Part shown: positions 13,827 to 29,019 of the stretch, in pieces
Layout of the letters: each line of letters starts with the position of its first letter
Numbering within the stretch: position 1 is the stretch's first letter
Source of the DNA: the human T2T-CHM13v2.0 reference genome, Homo sapiens
DNA length: 64,000 nucleotides
Direction: 5' to 3' (one strand)
Assembly: GCF_009914755.1 (NCBI RefSeq)
Contig: NC_060928.1
Program-made: the position numbers and the translations under genes
Notes under the pieces: model-generated
What the model saw: only the letters and a program-made list of their open reading frames with translations
What the model was told of the DNA's origin: nothing
Database searches by the model: none

Positions 13827-14994
13827 AATGCATACTACCATCTTATACTTTAGATGCATCCTCTCATTTCATCCTCACAGCAATTCACTGAGCAGAGTGG
13901 TACTCCCATTTCACAGATAAGGAAAGTGAAACTTGCAGGAGGTCTCCTAAGTGGCAAAGATTTAAACCCAGGTCTATCTAATTTTAAAGCCCTTAGGCTC
14001 TTTTAACCATTGGGCTATTTTACCTCTTTTTTAAAATATATATTCTAAGATCAACCATTTAATTGAACAGTTTTAAAATTTTAAAATATTGAATAATCAC
14101 CTTCAGTTTCTTGGTATTTCTAGTTAATGAATTACGGCAGGGCTGATGTGAAGGAAGTAGAAGTAGAAGAGTTAGAGTGGGATGAGGAAAGAGTAATGTA
14201 GGATGGAGAGGAAAAGATACCTACCCATTTCCCACAGTTGTTTTTTGAAAGCTTACAGATTAATCATTATTTGAAGATCTCAGTTCACAAAGTAGAAGCT
14301 CTGCTATTTGTAGATTTTATTTTAATTAATGGATAAGTCATTATTGAAAAATTTATTGAAAAATACTGATTAAATATTTTTAAAATCACTCATAATCTAT
14401 TACTCAAGGATAACCAGCATTAATATTTTAGTGCTTTGTTGTCTTCAGTTGTGAGTGTGTATGTATCTGTGTGTGTACATGTTATAAAGTAAGCATTTCC
14501 TATATTTAAAATGCCATATGAAAAGCATCATTTTAATGGTTGAACAATATTCCATCCTGTTGATGTTCTATTTTATGGACTCATTCCTCAATTGTTGTAC
14601 ATTTAACTAACTCCAGGATCCCCTTCCCCCCATTATTTACAGTGCTTTGGAGAAATCCTTGGAGCGTAATTTATTTTCTAATTTTTAGAAGTGGCATTCC
14701 TGGGTCAAAAGGTCTGATGTGACTAAAAGACCTTATTATGTCTTAGAAAGGTAACTTACTGAGCAGAACAAGCCAGAATAAGGAAATATGGTTGGAAAAT
14801 TTGCTCTAGGCAGGAACATTCCAGGGTCTTATTAACTGGCCTATGAATAAATTACTCTCCACTCTTCCATTAGAGCATTTTTCCTATTGGCTAACTAGAG
14901 CTTTGTTCAGTGTATGCTTCTGGAAAAAGAGTAAAATCACACTATATTACTAAATTTAAATCTCTTTTTTTCTTAGAGAACAGTAAATCAAATC

Positions 14995-17707
<2,713 letters not shown>

Positions 17708-17766
17708 CAGTTAAATTAATTCTTGTATGTAAAAGAGTAGAAATTTACCGGTTTTGTAGTAAATAA

Positions 17767-17892
17767 TAGTGATTCTCAAACTTTAGCTTGTATCCAAATT
17801 ACTTGGAGGCTTGCAAAACACAAATTACAGCCCCCCACCCAGTACTCTGGGGTGGACTGTGAACATTTGCATTTCTAACCAGGTGATGGCGA

Positions 17893-17935
<43 letters not shown>

Positions 17936-17973
17936 GTGATGCTTGTCCAGGGACCACACTTTGAGAACCACTG
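17767..17973. mobile_element. MER5A hAT-Charlie element with internal (GAT)n microsatellite (17893-17940)
   Basis: Termini TAGTGATTCTCAAACTT ... TTTGAGAACCACTG. The (GAT)n explains the poly-Met ORF. Confidence 0.8.
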
Positions 17974-18568
17974 GTATCTACTAATAGTTCTTTTAACCCT
18001 GGCTGGATATAAAAATCTCTGGCTTTGGTGCCAGCTTTATTTTAAAACTTTCACAAGTCATTCTGATGCACCAGAGTGGAGAATCACTGGTGTGTGCAAT
18101 TAGCCAAGTTATAAAAGATATAAAATTTGCAATATAGGTCTAGATTTTAAAAGACAAATGAAAAAAAAATAATGCACTGAACTTAAGAGCCAGGACTAGT
18201 TTATAACTTTCTGGACTATCCCTATGTGTAAATAATTTAAATTCTGGGTTCTTACCCTATGGGAAAACAATTCAAGTTCTGTGATCTTCTGTAAAACAAG
18301 AACATCATAGGATGATCATCAATGTACTTTCAAACCCAAATTTTATGATATATACCTTTTTAGCAGGGGGCATTTCACACTAAGAAGTGATGTAACATAA
18401 CATTAATTAGCATTACTAATATAAAAACAAATAAGAACATAAATTTGATGGTTTTATTTATACTGTTTTGTTAACTAGATGCTTAAGATGGGATGGGGGG
18501 ACCTGTTAAATAATGATTGTTGGTTTTAAAAAAATCTTAATTTTTTACAGCAAGTAGTCAATAACAGA

Positions 18569-18586
18569 GTCCAGTAGGTGGCGATA
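18569..18586 (+). promoter_or_regulatory. Candidate CTCF binding motif
   Basis: GTCCAGTAGGTGGCGATA matches the CTCF core CCASYAGRKGGCRS apart from the last base. It lies in non-repeat DNA and keeps its CpG. Motif only. Confidence 0.5.
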
Positions 18587-19306
18587 ACAGCCTTTCATAC
18601 AACTTAAAAACAGTTGCGTACTTACTGGTCAATAATTGTTTTCTCACTTGCCTGTACAAATAGAAAACACAAAACACTTTATAGGCCACCTGGAGCTTTA
18701 TTTCAGAGTGAATTTTTTGTTTGTTTATTTCATTCTATTTTGGGAATATAACAGAGGTTGCTTTCTGTTTCTGTGATCATGCGTATTTAGAGGTTTGTAA
18801 AAATTCTTTTTAAAACTTTTAGTATAGAATTTTTCAAATATGAAGAAAATACAATAATGAATACCCATTCAGCTTCAGCAATGATCAATGTTCTGCTATT
18901 ATTCCCATTTTACCTGTCCCTTCCATGTACCCAGCCCCCAGCTTGTCGTCATCCCTTCTGCAGAACTTACAAGCAAATCCCACATATCATGTTACTGAAC
19001 CTATAGAGCTTTAAAAATTGTCAAGCTATAATTACAAGAAGATTTTAGGTGCATTATTTCAGAACCCATTGTTTTTGTGTTTTACTCTAGCCATTGAGTA
19101 CCGTTAGTTTTTGTTTGTTTTGTTTGGATTATATTTTTCACATAATAACGAGCCAAACACCTTTTCTAGTGCTTTGAGAACTGTAGTTCTCAAAACGAGG
19201 CAGCAGCATAATTAGTCACAAAAGGTTGCATGTAAATATCAATATTTTTAAAATAAAAATTGATATCTTCAATTAAATTTTTGTTTTTTACTTTAAAAAT
19301 GTTACT

Positions 19307-19606
19307 ATTTTTTTGAGACAAGGTTTTGCTGTGTCATCCAGCACCAGCTGGAGTGCAGTGGTGCGATCACGCTCCCTGCAGCCTTGGCCTCCTGGGCTCA
19401 AGTGATCCTCTCACCTCAGCCTTCTGAGTAGCTGGGACCACAGGTACATGCCATGGTGCTCACCATGCTTGGCTGTTTTATTTTTTGTAGAGATGGGGGT
19501 CTCACTATGTTGCCCAGGCTGGTCTCGAATTCCTAGGCTCAAGCTATCTGCCCGCATCAGCCACCCAAAGTGCTCGAATTACAGGCACAAGCTCCGGGGC
19601 TTGGCT
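19307..19606 (-). mobile_element. AluJ-type element
   Basis: Diverged antisense Alu with CTGGGCTCAAGTGATCCTC typical of the J subfamily. Confidence 0.88.
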
Positions 19607-20087
19607 GAATTTTTATTTTTGAATAAAAATATACAATTAGAAATGTATTCTTATCAACAATGGAAGGTATATTTGTATATCTTTTTATCCAAGGTATCCA
19701 AAAGAACAAAAAGTTTTACTGTATGGTTTTTATCTAAAACAAATGGAAGCATATTACATTTTGGCAAGTAGAGAAATCAACATAATTAAGAATTTAAAGA
19801 AAGAACTCAATGACCCAGAATTCCTAAAACAACCACTTAACATTTTGTTATATTTCCTTTTTCTCCTTCCTATGTGGAGGTCTCCCTCTTCCCTGAAATT
19901 GCATGTTTATGTCGGACATAGAGTAGAAGGGAGACATCCCGGTTCTGGAGGTTTTCCACATCTCTGACTCTTCAGTCACTTCCCATTGATAAAAAGCCAA
20001 CCAAAAAAAAAAAAAAAACTCGAAGTATTTGCTAAATGAATAAAAGGCCTAACACTTTCTATATCTCATTATATGCTACCTAAAACT

Positions 20088-20398
20088 TTATTTTTTCCTT
20101 TCTTCTTTTTTTTTGGGTGGGGATAGGGTCTTGCTCTGTTGCCTAGGCGGGAGTGTGGTAGTACGATCACAGCTTACTGCAGCTCAAACTCCTGGGCTCT
20201 AGCAATCATTCCACCTCAGCCTCCTGAGTAGCTGGGACTACGGGAGCATGCCACCATGATTGGCTAATTAATTTTTTTTGTAGAGGTAGGGTCTCGCTAT
20301 GTTGTCCAGGCTGGTCTAAAATTCCTGGCTTCAGGTAATCCTCCTGCCTCGGCCTCCCAAAGTACTGGGATTGCAGATGTAAGACACCGTACTTGGCC
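20088..20398 (-). mobile_element. AluJ-type element
   Basis: Diverged antisense Alu ending CTTGGCC. Confidence 0.88.
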
Positions 20399-20406
20399 TG
20401 TAAAAC

Positions 20407-21142
20407 TTTTTTTTTTTAATTATACTTTTAGTTTTAGAGTACATGTGCACAACGTGCAGGTTGTTACATATGTATACATGTGCTATGTCGGTGTGCTGCA
20501 CCCATTAACTCGTCATTTACATTAGGTATATCTCCTAATGCTATCCCTCCCCCCTCCCCCCACCCCACAACAGGCCCCAGTGTGTGATGTTCCCCAACCT
20601 GTGTCCAAGTGTTCTCATTGTTCAGTTCCCACCTATGAGTGAGAACATGTGGTGTTTGGTTTTCTGTCCTTGAGATAGTTTGCTGAGAATGATGGTTTCC
20701 AACTTCATACATGTCCCTACAAAGGACATGAACTCATCATTTTTTATGGCTGCATAGTATTCCATGGTGTATATGTGCCACATTTTCTTAATCCAGTCTA
20801 CCACTGATGGACATTTGGGTTGGTTCCAAGTCTTTGCTATTGTGAATAGTGCCGCAATAAATATATGTGTGCATGTGTCTTTATAGCAGCATGATTTATA
20901 ATCCTTTGGGTATATACCCAGTAATGGGATGGCTGGGTCAAATGGTATTTCTAGTTCTAGATCCTTGAGGAATCGCCACACTGTCTTCCACAATGGTTGA
21001 AGTAGTTTACAGTCCCACCGACAGTGTAAAAGTGTTCCTATTTTCTCCAGCACCTGTTGTTTCCTGACTTTTTAATGATTGTCATTCTAACTGGTGTGAG
21101 ATGGTATCTTGTTGTGGTTTTGATTTGCATTTCTCTGATGGG
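20407..21142 (-). mobile_element. 5'-truncated L1PA (L1PA4-6-like) 3' end
   Basis: PolyT, L1PA 3' UTR and ORF2 C-terminus (LEIPFDPAIPLLGIYP...HMFSLIGGN). TSD TTGGC(C/T)TGTAAAAC at 20393-20406 and 21143-21156. Confidence 0.93.
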
Positions 21143-21892
21143 TTGGCTTGTAAAACTTTATAATACTGCTTTCAAAGTTGGTTATTGCTTTAATGAAAAT
21201 TATTTTATTCAAAATTTTAATTTAAAGACAAAAACCTGGTGTTTCCCAAAGGGCAATCAATATATATATTCAGAAAACTCTGAGGAGTTGTACCATTCGT
21301 GGTACAAGGAATTAATTTAGATTATAAGTAAATCACATTTTAAATTAATAATTAAGTATATCTTTAATGCATTGTAGGATAAGATAACTAACATAAAGGC
21401 CATGATTTCATGAAATTGTTTCCTAAGATGACATTACAATAGGTAATTACATTTATTTTTAAAACCCATTGAAAATATTAAGTACGTTTATAAATTATAT
21501 AAATTGCCAAACTATTTTCCAAAGTGGCTATGCCATTTACATTCCCTCCAGCAATGCATGAGTGTTCCAGATTCTCCACATCCTTGTTGACGCTTGGAAC
21601 TGTCTGTTCTTTCAGCTATTTTAGTGGGTGTGTAGTAGTCATATATGTTTTAAATGAGAAAATGAGTTATTTTGCTGAGAAAGCATATGGGGAAAAATGA
21701 TAGTAGTTTTCAAACATGTGCCATTTAAAGGATAGAATATATGTACACTATGAAGCTCTGGAAGTAGAGCTAGGCAGGACTAACATAGACTTTATAAAGA
21801 AGCAAATTCTGGCACAAAGTAAGGCAAAACTTAAATGCTATGGACTCTCTTGCATAATAGTGACCTTTTTATTGAGTGTATTTATATCCAGC

Positions 21893-22330
21893 TGTATCAG
21901 TGTTCGTCAACTACAGTCAACAGAAATTGACTGACTTAATGAGAGTCATGTATTTTAAGGATATAGAGTGGGTCACAGAATCAAAGGAAAAGCCACACAA
22001 CTGTAACTTGAAAAGGACAGGAAGCAGCAGGGCAGCGTAAGAGATCTATGTCACAGAAACCAATGAACAGCCTCCTCAGAGAGCTACTGTCAAGGTGAAT
22101 TATTTCTGTTTTCTGACCTTGTGTCACTCAAGATTTAAATTCTAAGGGGAGAGAATCTGCTTGGCCTAGTTTGGTTTACATGCCCACTTCTTGGTCAGAA
22201 GAAGGCAGAATTGATAATCTCACCAAAGTGCATGTGGTAGGTAGAAGAAATTCCCCAAAGAAATATTGAAGTGACTTTACCAAAAAAAGGGGCTACTGGG
22301 TGTTGGGCAGGCAAAACCAACAGATGCCAC
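21893..22330. mobile_element. Old MaLR/ERVL LTR relic (MLT-like)
   Basis: TGTATCAG start, GAGAGAATCTGCTTGGCCTAG and GGGCAGGCAAAACCAACAGATGCCACTA motifs. Confidence 0.5.
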
Positions 22331-22665
22331 TATACTAGGTCACTACCTTTGATGACTATTTGGGAGGAATTAGTAGCAGTGATAGGAGGAGGCAACAAAA
22401 CTTAGACCCATTAATTACTTGAATTTTTATTAAATGTCTTCTCCTACAGTTCTATGAAATCACTAACTACATTGTATTGAATTCATAATACTAACTTCAT
22501 CACCCTCCAAGTGTTTTTACATACATAGCAAATATTCTTTGGATGCAAAAAAAATTACTAATTGGTTTTTTAGAGGGGAGAGATGCCAATTTCATTTTAT
22601 TAAACATAAATACAAACATATGTAATTACACATGAACAGATTTCTATGGTAAAAATATTCAATTG

Positions 22666-23582
22666 ATTGCAGTACACTGAGCTCCATAGAGAGAGTGCTG
22701 GGGCAAGTGAGAGCCAGATGGGCACTGGGCAACTCTGTGCCTTGTTGAAGAAAGATAACTAAACATGGGTAAAGTAGATCCTAAGAAACCAAGAGGCAAA
22801 ATGTCATCATATGTGTTATTTGTGCCATCTTGTCAGGAGGAGCACAAGAAGGAGCACCCAGATGCCTCAGTCAGCTCCTCAGAGTTTTCTGAGAAGTGCT
22901 GAGAGGTGAAAGACTACTTCTGCTAAAGCAAAAGGAAAATTGGAAGACATGACAAAGGTAGGTAAAGCCCATTATGAAAGAGAAATGAAAACTTATATCC
23001 CTCCTAAAGGGGAGACAAAAAAGAAGTTCAAGGATCCCAATACACTCAAGAGGCCTTCTTCAGCCTTTTTTCTTGTTCTGTTCTGAGTATCACCCAAAAA
23101 TCAAAGAACATCCTGGCCTAAACATTGGTGATGTTGCAAAGATGCTGGGAGAGATGTGGAATGGCACTGCTGCAGATGACTAGCAGCCTTATACAAAGAA
23201 CGCTGCGAAGCTCAAGGAAAAATGTGAAAAAGATACTGCTGCATACTGAGCTAAAGGAAAGCCAGATGCAGCAAAAAGGGAGTTGTCAAGGCTGAAAAAA
23301 GCAAGAAAGAGAAGAAAGAAGAGGACAAGAAGATGATGAAGAAGATGTTGATGAATAAGTTAATGTTAGCACATTTTTTTCTTGTCTATAAAGAATTTAA
23401 CCTCCCTGTACACAATTCACTCCTTTCAAACAAAAAAATTGAAATGTAAGTTTGTGTAAGATTTGTTTTTAAACTGTACAGTGTCTTTTTTTATATAGTT
23501 AACACACTACCAAATGTGTCTTTAGATAGCCCTGTCCTGGTGGTAATTTCAGTAGGCACTAACCTTGCTTGGTACAGTATGG
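22666..23582 (+). pseudogene. HMGB1P44: Processed pseudogene of HMGB1 (position fits human HMGB1P44 as I recall it)
   Basis: HMGB1 5' UTR (ATTGCAGTACACTGAGCTCCATAGAG...TAACTAAAC) fused to ATG at 22765 ([16 protein letters not shown]). Intronless, with in-frame stops and frameshifts, shortened acidic tail, TAA 23356-23358 and partial 3' UTR. Parent gene is secure; the P-number is from memory. Confidence 0.9.
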
Positions 23583-24147
23583 TGGTATAGCTTGATGAAT
23601 TTTCCCAAAATAAACATGTACCTAGCACACAGATCAAGAAACAGGATAATTTCAGCACCCTAGAAACCCCTTAGAAACCACTCTCATTCAAGGTAATCAC
23701 TATTACCACTTCCAAGGCTATATATTTGTTTTGCCTGATTTTGAAAATTACCTTAAATTGAATAATTATCATATGTGATTTGGGGGAGGTCTGGGTTCAG
23801 TCATTCAACATTATATTTATGACATTCATCCAGTGTGTAGTTGTAGTTTGTTCGTTCTCATTGTTGTATAATATTCCATTGCTTAAATGTATCACAAATA
23901 TCCATTCTACTGTTGGTGGACATGTGGATTTTTACAGTTTGGGGTATTACAAATAACGTTGATATGAACATTTTTGTATATTTCTTCTTGTGAAGTTTTA
24001 GGGCTATTACAATGATGCTACTTATTAACATTCTTGTCCACTTCTGGTGAAAAGAATATATATGTATTCATAGGTATATATACAACAGAAATGCTTATAT
24101 ATACACATTAGTGTGTGTACACAAATATATGTATTTGTATGTATGTA

Positions 24148-24215
24148 TGAGGTTGGTACAAAAGTAATTGCTGTTTTTGCCATTAAAAACAGCAATTACT
24201 TTTGTACCAAGTTTA
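24148..24215. mobile_element. MADE1 (Hsmar1-derived MITE), internally deleted
   Basis: GGTTGGTACAAAAGTAATTGCTGTTTTTGCCATT-AAAAACAGCAATTACTTTTGTACCAA, with 26-bp perfect inverted arms. Confidence 0.9.
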
Positions 24216-24249
24216 TACGCACATATTTATATCTTGTCCACGTTTGGTG

Positions 24250-24252
<3 letters not shown>

Positions 24253-24288
<36 letters not shown>
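24253..24288. repeat. (AT)n microsatellite
   Basis: Directly visible. Confidence 0.95.
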
Positions 24289-24291
<3 letters not shown>

Positions 24292-25288
24292 GGCGATGAA
24301 CATATGTATAGATAAGATGAACATATATACATGAGGAAAATGAGTATATATATAGTTTGGTGAACATATATATATATTCACCAACAGAAGTGCACAAGAT
24401 ATATACATAAACATTCCTGTTGTATATATACCTAAGCGTGAACTTGCTGGATAGTAACATGCTCCATTACAATGCTCAACACTTTTCCTAAGTAGTTGTA
24501 CCAATATACATTCCCAAAAGTGTGGAAGATTTCCAACTTCTCCATATTCTTGCCAATACTTGGTTCATTATTTTTTCACTTTAATCATTTTGCTAAATGT
24601 GACATTGTCCAGTAATTTTTGAGGGATTTAAAAATCCTGTGAGTGGAGGAGACAGAAGTTAGAATATCACTCTACATTGATTAAAGTTGTAGTATGGTGA
24701 TCTAGAGTTTTATGGGATTCATAAAATAACTTCTTAAAAATAAAAAGACTTAGAGATGGAAGAAATCTGTTATTTTCTGACTCCCAACAAGTTACTGCCT
24801 TCCTGGGAGAGGGGTTAATTCTGTTTGTATTATGCAGTGTAATGAAGAATCCTGTCAGGTTGGTTAGGATACCCAGCTGATTTGAACCCTACCTCCTCTT
24901 TATATTTAAATCCCAGTATTTGGTAAAGTCAAGTCTATAAGGTTTTAAGATGTTATTTCTGATACATTATGCAATTTAAATATTACTGCTCTTACCTAGA
25001 ATAGAGTCTGCAAATTTATGGCACAGATTCTTACCATTCCCCATCCCCATCAGGCACATGACAGATGATGTGAATCACAGAAGACTTTCCCACTGATTTC
25101 TATGAGGTCTCAGGGTTGTTTTTTTCCTCACTATACTGCTCCACACAATCACACTGTTGGTTAGAAGTGTCATGGAAGATTCAAACACTTTTGCCTCCTG
25201 TACCTCAAGGTACAAGGTAATTTGCTGAATCTTACAATCTTCCCAAGTATTATTGTTGGTTGTCCCTGTAGGAGACTGATTGAAATTT

Positions 25289-25567
25289 AGGAGGCCGAGG
25301 TGGGTGGATCACCTGAGGTTGGAAGTTTAAGACCAGCCTGACCAACATGGAGAAACCCCATCTCTACTAAAAATACAAAATTAGCCAGGCATGGTGGCAC
25401 ATGCCTGTAATCCCAGCTACTTGGGAGGCTGAGGCAAGAGGCAAGAGAACTGCTTGAACCTGGGAGGCAAGAGAATTGCTTGAACCTGGGAGGCAGAGCC
25501 GAGATCTCACCATTGTACTCCAGCCTGGACAATAAGAGCAAAACTCCATCTCAAGAAAAAAAAAAAA
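25289..25567 (+). mobile_element. 5'-truncated AluS with internal tandem duplication
   Basis: GAGGCAAGAGAA(C/T)TGCTTGAACCTGG occurs twice in the right arm; A-tail at about 25553-25567. Confidence 0.92.
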
Positions 25568-25800
25568 GCTATAATTTAAATCTATTATGTTGTCATACTA
25601 ACTGAGGAGCTGGTTTACTTGTAGTTTAAGTTTAATTCTGTTTAGTTTTAAAATTTTCTTCTTCCTTTATATTTTAATTTTTTAATCTTTTATTTTCATT
25701 TGGACTAGGGAAAATTCTGAGAAGATTGCTATAGCTTCATAGGTCAAAGTAATTTAGGGGAAGTGGGTGACAGAGGAGGAAAGATGATACAAATGGATTA

Positions 25801-26118
<318 letters not shown>

Positions 26119-26749
26119 TTAGGGGCTCGCTGGAGAGTATGTAGCTTTAAAGGTCTGTAAGGTTCTGGAATGTGTTGGATGTGTTGATTATGGTATGATA
26201 TAGATTGATAATAGCATGTTGCTTGAAATTCAAATTTAAAAAATATGGCAATGAATTAAAGATAGGGGTTTTCAAAGAAGAAAGTTAAAGAAAGAGTTAT
26301 GTCTTTAAAAATGTTTGGCCATGCTGAGAAAACAAAGGTGATAATTAAAATCTAAGGTAAAAGATAATTAAAACATGAGGCAGAAACAGAAAGGAAGGAA
26401 GGATGGATAGATAGATAAGAGTTTGGCAGTAGTGGATGAAACCAGAGATCTAAGGAAAAGGAAGTCAGGAAATAAGCTTTAGCATTAGTAGTTTATGCTG
26501 AATGTCATACTCCTAACTCCAAGCCTTACAAGATGTGTAAGGCATTCACTTGCCTCTGTAAGCCTCAATCTTTTTTACTATAAAATGATCATAAGAATGG
26601 TCACCTGTGGCTCACTGTATTTTAAGGACTAAATCAGGTAATGTAAATGAAATAGCTTTATACTAATTAAATGAATGTAGTATCATAAATACTATGGCAA
26701 TTATGTGAGCCTCAACACATAATAAGCTCAAATTCGATTTTTAAAAATA

Positions 26750-28950
26750 TTCTGGCTTCTACTTCTGTCTGTAATGGAGTAACTTATACCAAACTTGTCC
26801 TTTACTGGTAAACAACTAGAAAACTGGACAATATATATGAAACAACTATTTTTTAATATTGGAAAACATGCAGTGCAGGAGTGCAGTCTCAATGAATGGA
26901 AACAAATGAGGTGAGTTCCACAAAATCCCTAGTATTCTGCCTGGAGTCACTTTCCAGAACAGCACAGGAATGAGAAACCAAGGAAAGCATGGCAGTCTCT
27001 CTGTGAAAGAGACTGAGACCAGACTTTGGGAAAGCTGTGGCAGCTTCAGTTTGCAGGGCACAGCTCCAGGGTTGTAGGAGCCATTCAGAGAAGCTCTAGG
27101 AATCTGCAGAGGGGTTTCATCGAGTCTTTTGCTGTATACTAAGGTGCACATGCATACAGTGAAATGCCACAAGGCCAGACAAATGGCAAGTACTGGAGGA
27201 CTATAAGTTGAACAATTCCTACAGCTTAAATGTGGCTAAGAGACATTTGAGTTTCAATCGCCAGAGTGACAGGACCTCACTGAAAATCCTGGGAATTCAG
27301 TATGTATCCCAGGGTTGTGCCTTAAAATAAGCTTAACAAGCTGTAGAGTAAAACACCATAGACTACTACTAACGAAGTTCAAAAACAACCCCAAAAGGAT
27401 CAAGATGATTGGCAAAAAACTTACCTGCTAGCCAAATTCACCAATCTAAGTGAAGAAAACAAAATTCAAAAATCTTAAGAACATGGTATTTATAGTGTAT
27501 GGCATCCAATAAAAGTAAGACATGAGAAGAAGCAGGAAAATGCAAAGAAGAAAATCCGTCAGCAGAAACTGACTCAAATTACAGAGATGAATGAAATAGA
27601 TGCATCAGAACAATTATAAATGTGTCCAAATATTTAAAGGAAAACATGAGCATAATGAGGACAGAAATCGATGGTATTAAAAACAAACAAGGAAACTTCT
27701 AGAGCTGAAAGATGTCATATCTGAATGAAAATTCACCTGATAAAATTATCAACTGATTAGGTATGGCAGATGAAAAGAACAGCGAACTTGTAGATATTGT
27801 AATAGAAACTATCCAAACTGAGTTACAGAAAGAAAATAATAATAATAAGAACAGATCCTCAGTAACCTGAGGAGCATTCCAAGTGATCTAACATATGTGT
27901 AATTGGAGTTCCTGAAAAGGTCAGAAGAGAGGAGCTGGAATATGTATTTGAAGGAATAATTACTTATATTTTCCAAACAAGATGAAAACTGATTCCTAAA
28001 TCAAAGAAACTCAACAAACTCCAAGCAGAATAACTGAAAGGAAATGCACTCTAAGGCACATCATATTGAAATCATTGAGAACCAGTGACAAAGTGAAATT
28101 CTTAAAAGCAGCCAGAGAAGGCTGGCTGCGGGGGCTCGCACCTGTAATCCCCGCACTTTGAGAGGCCGAGGTGGGCGGATCATGAGGTCAGGAGTTCAAG
28201 ACCACCCTGGCTAACACGGTGAAATCCTGTCTCTACCAAAAATACAAAAAATTAGGCTGGCGTGGTGGCTGGAGCCTGTAGTCCCAGCTACTCGGGAGGC
28301 TGAGGCAGGAGAATGGCATGAACCCGGGAGGCAGAGAGCTTGCAGTGAGCCGAGATGGCACCACTGCACTCCAACCTGGGTGACAGAGCGAGACTCCGTC
28401 TTAAAAAAAAAAAAAAAAAAAAAAAATCAGCCAGAGAAAACAAACATTAAATACAAGGGTACCAACATAAGAATTGCTACTGATTTTGTGTTAGAAATAA
28501 TGCAAGCCACAACGCAAGAACTTTGTGTTAGAAATAATGCAAGCCTAAGCCTAAAGAAAGCAATAGGACAAAAACTTTAACATGCTTTTAAAAAAGTTAA
28601 TTTAGGATTCTTTGTTGAGTGAAAGTATCCTTTAAAAATGAGAGCAAAATAAAGCCTTTTGGACAAACAAAAACAAGGAGTATATGTTTTAAGCAGACCT
28701 GAAGTACAAGAAATGTTAAAGTTATTCTAGAAGAAGCAAAATGATACCAGGTACAAACTCATTTCTATGCACATGAATGAAGAGTGCCAGAAATGGTAAT
28801 ATGTGGGAAAACACAAAATGTGTTTTTCTCATTTTTACCATTTCTTAAAAAAAAAAACCTTTGAAGAGCAAATGTACTAACAGTGTATGGTGGGGTTTAT
28901 AAGAGTTTGAATTAAAATGTATGACAACAGCAGCACAAAGAATGGCAGGG
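26750..28950 (+). mobile_element. Ancient L1M 5' UTR/ORF1 region
   Basis: ORF1-like GAAACTTCTAGAGCTGAAA, GTAATTGGAGTTCCTGAA, AAACTCAACAAACTCCAAGCAG and TTAAAAGCAGCCAGAGAA. Boundaries are approximate. Confidence 0.7.
28120..28426 (+). mobile_element. AluY-type element inserted in L1M ORF1
   Basis: GGATCATGAGGTCAGG, CTGGCTAACACGG, GAATGGCATGAACC, GAGCTTGCAG; long A-tail; TSD CAGCCAGAGAA. Confidence 0.92.
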
Positions 28951-29019
28951 TATGTATTTATGGCTTGGTTCAGGTGAGTGCAATTTTCTGCATTCATCTA
29001 GTGTTTTTAGTGGACAAAA

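Larger units (their letters stand above)
23585..24600 (-). mobile_element. Ancient L1M (L1MC/ME-like) 3' region, interrupted by MADE1 and TA-rich repeats
   Basis: GATCAAGAAACAG...ATTCATCCAGTG...TCCATTCTACTGTTGGTGGACAT...AGTTGTACCAATATACATTCC. Confidence 0.7.

Noticed and set aside
17894-18103. Poly-Met ORF
   Set aside because: (GAT)n microsatellite inside MER5A.
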